Of a stretch of 64,000 bases of DNA, positions 59,473-64,000 are shown one piece after another. The position numbers were made by a program, and so were the translations under genes. The notes beneath the pieces are model-generated. The model did no database searches and was not told the DNA's origin. It worked only from the letters and a program-made list of their open reading frames with translations. How positions within the stretch are numbered: the first letter of the stretch is position 1; each line of letters opens with the position of its first letter. Location: positions 384,001-448,000 of the forward strand of contig CAVPIW010000006.1 in the NCBI GenBank assembly GCA_963705105.1, given 5' to 3'. The stretch comes from an uncultured Nitrospiraceae bacterium (GTDB lineage: Bacteria > Nitrospirota > Thermodesulfovibrionia > Thermodesulfovibrionales > Dissulfurispiraceae).

Positions 59473-59811
59473 TTACTTCAGAAGGTTGCCCAATCCGCCC
59501 ATGCCGGGAATCTGCAGTCCCATCGTGAGCTTCGACATCTCATCGTTGACCATCTGCTGAGCCCGCCTGAGGGCCTCGTTCGCTGCAGCAAGGATAAGAT
59601 CCTGGAGCATCTCGACGTCATCAGGGTTGACGACGTCTTTCTCTATCTTGATGGAAACGAGCTCTCCGCCGCCGCTTGCAACGGCCGTCACCATCCCGCC
59701 GCCGGACGTCGCCTCGACGGTCTTCTGTTTCGCCTCCTCCTGCATGCGCTGCATCTCGGACTGCAGTTTCTGGGCCTCGCGCATGATATCGCCAAGCATC
59801 TTTTTCGACAT
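59473..59811 (-). CDS. ybaB: YbaB/EbfC nucleoid-associated protein
   Basis: SGGGMV, DVEMLQDLILAAANEA. Confidence 0.95.
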   Translation of the reverse strand: MSKKMLGDIMREAQKLQSEMQRMQEEAKQKTVEATSGGGMVTAVASGGGELVSIKIEKDVVNPDDVEMLQDLILAAANEALRRAQQMVNDEMSKLTMGLQIPGMGGLGNLLK

Positions 59812-59829
59812 GTCTTCCTCCTTTCAAAC

Positions 59830-59897
59830 ACAGGCTGAAGCCTGCGGCTACCTCAAAAAACGCACTTTAAAAACGCAGGCGAAAGCCTGCGACTACA
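59830..59897. repeat. two REP-like units (GTAG family, minus orientation)
   Basis: CAGGCTGAAGCCTGCGGCTAC and CAGGCGAAAGCCTGCGACTAC. Confidence 0.6.
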
Positions 59898-59963
59898 AAG
59901 GCGACTACAAACACGGCCGCATTCCCCCTTAGAAAAGGGGGACACAGGGGGTTGTTCTTTCCC

Positions 59964-61649
59964 TCACTGTTCGTTGTTCGTCTTCCCATGAGGGATGACA
60001 TCGACGATTCTTCCCTCGAAGAGGTCGAGGACCTCCCGGACGACGGGGTCTCTGAGGGCCCTTTCCGTCAGGCTCTTCCTGTTTTCCGTTTTGCCCTGTT
60101 CTGTCTCCACCCTGATCGGAACAGTCTTTCCTGCCAGCTCTGACAGTATGCCGCTGATGACGGGAAGGTTCTCCTTCACCGATTCGGCGTGGATGGACAG
60201 GCCGCCGTCAAAGACGATGAGGATGCCGTCGCCGGGAAAGGAGACCGTTCCTTCCCTGATCTTGCACACCAGGAGGTGATGCTGTTCTTCCAGTTTTCCG
60301 AGCGCCTCTTCCCACGCCTGCGGGAGCGGCAGTTCCTTCCGGCTTGCCGGCGTTTCCCTGTCCGGCTTCTTCATTTCTGAGGGCACGCTCAGGGGCGTCG
60401 GGGCCTGCACGCGCCGGGCGATCTTCTCGACCTTTTCCGTGACATCATCTTTTGCCCGCACAGCGCGGCGGCTGACCGGCTCAGCCGTTTTCAGGAGAGG
60501 CCTGTCCCGGGCAGGGGCGTCATCGGAACGGATCATCCTGAGGGCGTCGCCGACGGCTGTGAAGTGACTGAGCAGGCTCAGGCGGATGAGGGCTATTTCA
60601 AGGGCGACGCGCGGGTGAAAGGCGTTCTTCACAGCCTGCTCCGACCTGATGAGCTCCGACAGGATGATTGCCAGGTGTTCCTCTCCCGTCGTCTCCGCAA
60701 GCTGCCTGATGAGCAGCAACTCCTCTTCGCCAAGGTCGACGGTCTGTCCGCCGCCGCCCACGATCTTGAAGACAAGAAGATTGCGGACGAACTGCAGGAG
60801 GTCCTTCGTAAGGGTCCTGAGGTCCGTCCCTCCGTCGGTCAGTTCGGCGACGGTGTTGATGATGGTTTGCCTGTCTCCCGTGATGACCGCTTCCGTAAGC
60901 TTCGCGATCGGCCCGAGGTCTGTGTAACCGAGCAGGTCCGATATCTCCCTGGGCGTGATGTCCTCGGAAAACGAGGCGACCTGGTCGAGGATGGTCAGGG
61001 AATCGCGCATGCTGCCGTCCGCCGCCCGGGCGATCATGTCCAGGGCGGGGTCGGTGACCGAAATACCCTCCTGTGAGGTAATGACCCGCAGTCGCTCCCT
61101 GATCTTCTGTGACGACAGCCGCCGGAAGGGCAGGTGCTGGCAGCGGGAAAGGACGGTGGCGGGGATCTTTTTCGGCTCCGTCGTGGCGAGAACGAAGACG
61201 ACATGGGCCGGGGGCTCTTCGAGGGTTTTAAGCAGGGCGTTGAAGGCTGCCGTCGAGAGCATGTGCGCTTCGTCGATAATGTAGACCTTGTACCTGCCTC
61301 CCGATGGGGCGTAACGGATTCTCTCCCGGAGGTCACGGATGTTGTCGACACCCGTGTTTGAGGCGCCGTCGATTTCAGAGACGTCGATCGATGAGCCTTC
61401 GGCGATGGACAGACAGGAGGGACAGCGGCCGCAGGGCTCCGGCGTCGTGCCCTCGGCGCAGTTCAGGGCCTTTGCGAGGATCCGGGCCGTCGAGGTCTTG
61501 CCCACCCCCCGGGGGCCGGAAAAGATGTAGGCGTGGGCTACCTTGTTCTGGCGGATGGCGTTGCTGAGGACATGGGCGATCGATTCCTGGCCGATGAGAT
61601 CGTCAAAGGTCTGGGGCCGCCACTTTCTCGCCAATACAAGATATGCCAT
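59964..61649 (-). CDS. dnaX: DNA polymerase III subunit gamma/tau
   Basis: LARKWRPQTF, GPRGVGKT, IIDEAHML, NALLKTLEEPP, SRC. Confidence 0.97.
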   Translation of the reverse strand: MAYLVLARKWRPQTFDDLIGQESIAHVLSNAIRQNKVAHAYIFSGPRGVGKTSTARILAKALNCAEGTTPEPCGRCPSCLSIAEGSSIDVSEIDGASNTGVDNIRDLRERIRYAPSGGRYKVYIIDEAHMLSTAAFNALLKTLEEPPAHVVFVLATTEPKKIPATVLSRCQHLPFRRLSSQKIRERLRVITSQEGISVTDPALDMIARAADGSMRDSLTILDQVASFSEDITPREISDLLGYTDLGPIAKLTEAVITGDRQTIINTVAELTDGGTDLRTLTKDLLQFVRNLLVFKIVGGGGQTVDLGEEELLLIRQLAETTGEEHLAIILSELIRSEQAVKNAFHPRVALEIALIRLSLLSHFTAVGDALRMIRSDDAPARDRPLLKTAEPVSRRAVRAKDDVTEKVEKIARRVQAPTPLSVPSEMKKPDRETPASRKELPLPQAWEEALGKLEEQHHLLVCKIREGTVSFPGDGILIVFDGGLSIHAESVKENLPVISGILSELAGKTVPIRVETEQGKTENRKSLTERALRDPVVREVLDLFEGRIVDVIPHGKTNNEQ

Positions 61650-61684
61650 GTTTCGCTGTTGTCAGATTTCGTTAGATTAGTAGA

Positions 61685-61857
61685 CCATGTTGTTGCATAA
61701 TAAGGCGGAGCGAAGCGCTCTGAAAAATAGTGCCAGTGACAGTGTGAGTGTCAGCATATGTCCACCTTTCTTGTTACGGTTTCGGTGTCGCCGCACCAAG
61801 GTTTTCGGCGCATTCACCCCAACCCCGCCTTTCCCGTGTGCGTTTGCGACAATAAGG
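61685..61857 (-). repeat. family A element, copy 11
   Basis: GTTGCATAATAAGGCGG...GGTTTTCGGCGCATTCACCCC...CAATAAGG. Confidence 0.8.
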
Positions 61858-61974
61858 TAGATTGTGAGTGCCGGGATGACCGGCTCGTGTGATGGACCGT
61901 CACAGGCCGTCAGGGAACCTCCGTCCTGTCTTCTCTCCACCCGGGAGCCGGCTCTGGCGCTGAATCAAAAATAT

Positions 61975-62071
61975 GGGACCGGCTTGCTGCGGCACACAGA
62001 CAAAATGCTTACCGTTGCTTCCTTCCGAACCTGGCGGAGTTCACATCGGCCTGTTGCGCAGGGCCAGCCCC
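61975..62071 (-). ncRNA. ffs: signal recognition particle RNA (4.5S)
   Basis: CCAGGTTCGGAAGGAAGCAACGG core on the minus strand, long terminal stem, upstream of dnaX. Confidence 0.92.
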
Positions 62072-62116
62072 CGGCTGCAGAGAAGACGACTATTCATCGG
62101 AGATACCCGTTCAGAC

Positions 62117-62208
62117 TGGCGGAGAGGGAGGGGTTCGAACCCTCGGTGAGGTGTTAGCCCCACACACGATTTCCAGTCGTGCTCCTTCAGCCGCTCGGAC
62201 ACCTCTCC
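62117..62208 (-). tRNA. tRNA-Ser(GGA)
   Basis: GGAGAGG acceptor stem, CT-GGA-AA anticodon loop, long variable arm, GTTCGAA T-loop, encoded CCA. Confidence 0.95.
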
Positions 62209-62262
62209 ATCATCTTTAAACCATTAATGCTAAACTCTGAACGCTCTTTTTGTCAAAAGGAT

Positions 62263-62592
62263 TCACTGGCCCCGGGGCGCCCGCTTCGCCTCGCGCTCTT
62301 CCCTGGTCATGCCCATCTCGAGAAGCATCGAGTCCAGTTCCTGGTATTTTTTGATCTTCACCTCTTCCCGGCAGATCTCGAGTTCATAGGCGTTCTTCGC
62401 CTCGGAAACGCAGCCTCTCGTCTTTTTCAGGCCCTGAACGAGCGTCTCGATGTCTTCCAGGATGACGGCCTTTGTCTTTTCGAGGTCTTCCTGGCCATCC
62501 TGTTTTTCCTGGGCGAAAGCGGGAAAAATGGGGAGGAGCGCCAGGGCCACGGAGATGATCACGGAAAGAAAAAGGGTGTGATGTCTGTTCAT
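62263..62592 (-). CDS. secreted hypothetical protein
   Basis: Signal peptide ending AFA; two Cys; RBS AGGAGG. Confidence 0.7.
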   Translation of the reverse strand: MNRHHTLFLSVIISVALALLPIFPAFAQEKQDGQEDLEKTKAVILEDIETLVQGLKKTRGCVSEAKNAYELEICREEVKIKKYQELDSMLLEMGMTREEREAKRAPRGQ

Positions 62593-62843
62593 GATCCGCC
62601 TCCTTGCGATAGTCGTACATTATACCATCAGGGGTCACCGATTAGCGATGAGAGCCCGAGTTGCGGGTTACGAGTCACACGTTACGAGTTGAAAGAGGGT
62701 GAGACCGCAACCTGCATGACCCGTAACCGCAACCCGCAACCTATCGCCCGGTTTCCCTCTTGTCCGTTCTACTGTATTCTAGTCTACTGTCTACTGTATT
62801 CTGTCTTTATTTTCCATTGCTTTCACGGGAGAAAAATATTATT

Positions 62844-63617
62844 ATGAATGGCGTGGATCTCAAGCGCCTCATACAGGCCCTGCAGGATTTCTACCTCCTC
62901 TCCTATCACGGTCTCCTGGGGATCGTGAGGAAGCCCTTTTACTACCGCGACATGGTCGAGCAGATGGATTATGCGGGGGCGGGATCTTTCTTCATCGTCA
63001 TTCTCGTCTCTCTCTTCGTCGGCATGGCCCTCTCGCTCCAGTTATCGGCCGAGCTCTCCCGACTCGGCCTCAAGATGTACACGGGGATGATCGTCGGCAT
63101 CTCCGTCATTCGCGAGCTCGGTCCCGTTGTCGCCGCCCTCGTCTATACCGGCAGGGTCGGCGCCGGAATGGCCTCCGAGCTGGGTTCGATGGTCCTGGGC
63201 CACCAGGTGGACACGCTCCGGGTCTTCGGTGTGGATCCCATTAAGAAACTGGTCACCCCGCGTATCATCAGCTCCCTGATCATGCTTCCCGTGCTCACTG
63301 TCGTCGGCGATGCCGTCTCCCTTGTCGGCGGTTATTACATCTCCGTGTATGTGAGCTCCCAGAGCGGGGCCTACTACTGGACGTCGATCCGCCAGGTGAT
63401 GACCTTCGAGAACATCTTCGCCGGCTCCGTCAAACCTTTTGTCTTCGGATACCAGATCGCCTGTATCTGCTGTTACATGGGGTTGTCCGCCCACGGCGGG
63501 TCCGTGGGCTTACGGAAATCGACGACCCGTGCCGTCGTGACGTCGATCATCATGATCATCGTGGCGGATTTCATTCTCACACGGGTGCTGCTGTATGTGC
63601 TGGGGTTTTCCGTATGA
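62844..63617 (+). CDS. mlaE: MlaE-family ABC permease
   Basis: RELGPV, GRVGAGMASELGSM, LVTPR, STTRAVV. Confidence 0.92.
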   Translation: MNGVDLKRLIQALQDFYLLSYHGLLGIVRKPFYYRDMVEQMDYAGAGSFFIVILVSLFVGMALSLQLSAELSRLGLKMYTGMIVGISVIRELGPVVAALVYTGRVGAGMASELGSMVLGHQVDTLRVFGVDPIKKLVTPRIISSLIMLPVLTVVGDAVSLVGGYYISVYVSSQSGAYYWTSIRQVMTFENIFAGSVKPFVFGYQIACICCYMGLSAHGGSVGLRKSTTRAVVTSIIMIIVADFILTRVLLYVLGFSV

Positions 63618-64000
63618 TCGTCTTTGACGGTGTTTCTTTTTTCTACGGGAAACGGCAGGTGTTCAAAGACATGAGCTTCTCCGTCGGGTTCGGAGAGCGC
63701 GTCGCCGTCCTCGGCGGGAGCGGCGAGGGAAAGACGACGATCCTGAAACTCATCATGGGTCTCATCAAGCCTGACAGCGGACGGATAATCATCGACGGCG
63801 ACGACATAACCGAAAGGGATGAGGAGGGACTGCGGGAGGTCCGCCTGAAATTCAGTATCGTCTTCCAGGAGGGGGCGCTTTTTGATTCGCTGAGCGTCAG
63901 GGAGAATGTCGCCTTCTGTCTGAGGGAATACACGACGATGGCCGATAAGGAAGTGGAGGCAAAGGTGCGGGAACTGCTGCGCTTTGTCGACGTGGAGCAG
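63614..64000 (+). CDS. mlaF: MlaF-family ABC ATPase (partial)
   Basis: GGSGEGKTT Walker A, VFQEGALFDSLSVRENVAF; overlaps the mlaE stop. Confidence 0.88.
   Translation, partial: MIVFDGVSFFYGKRQVFKDMSFSVGFGERVAVLGGSGEGKTTILKLIMGLIKPDSGRIIIDGDDITERDEEGLREVRLKFSIVFQEGALFDSLSVRENVAFCLREYTTMADKEVEAKVRELLRFVDVEQ

Noticed and set aside
62117..62208. tRNA-Ser as the integration site of an island
   Set aside because: I saw no duplicated tRNA 3' end or adjacent integrase, and the flanks are core genes (ffs, dnaX).

Overview
64 kb of a GC-rich anaerobic bacterial chromosome. Gene content (c7-type cytochrome, DsrC-like protein, TunR, AOR, argG-dprA-topA, ccs-hemA-hemC-cobA/hemD) suggests Nitrospirota/Thermodesulfovibrionia or a Desulfobacterota-like organism; this is inference only. 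(i) 1-12.8 kb: an 18-gene minus-strand cluster headed by a sigma70 promoter with a palindromic operator. It contains arsP, a redox-disulfide protein, arsR, acr3, a stand-alone MtrA-like corrinoid protein, Trx/CcdA proteins, secreted FmdE, SmsCB (SufCB-like), a DsrC-like protein, a frameshifted gcvH, two DGC proteins, osmC and lpdA. (ii) 13-17 kb: tauE/TSUP with a TunR-type regulator and its operator, plus chrA. (iii) 17.2-24.6 kb: a decayed accessory region with many toxin-antitoxin remnants, a Schlafen/AlbA_2 protein, an intact IS, and integron-type cassettes whose attC sites carry group IIC intron remnants. (iv) 24.9-33.7 kb: a c7 cytochrome-TtrB-TtrA-like molybdoenzyme operon with no membrane anchor gene, FmdE, and a ModE-MoeA-like fusion. 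(v) 34-64 kb: an ECF sigma module, AOR and core genes (argG, dprA, topA, hem, msrAB, pgm, recR, dnaX, ffs, tRNA-Ser, mlaEF). Eleven copies of a ~155-210 bp palindromic intergenic element are spread across the window. The best candidate for an undescribed system is the arsenic operon extended with a corrinoid (MtrA-like) protein and a lipoyl/thiol redox chain. All calls come from motif recognition by eye; no searches were run.
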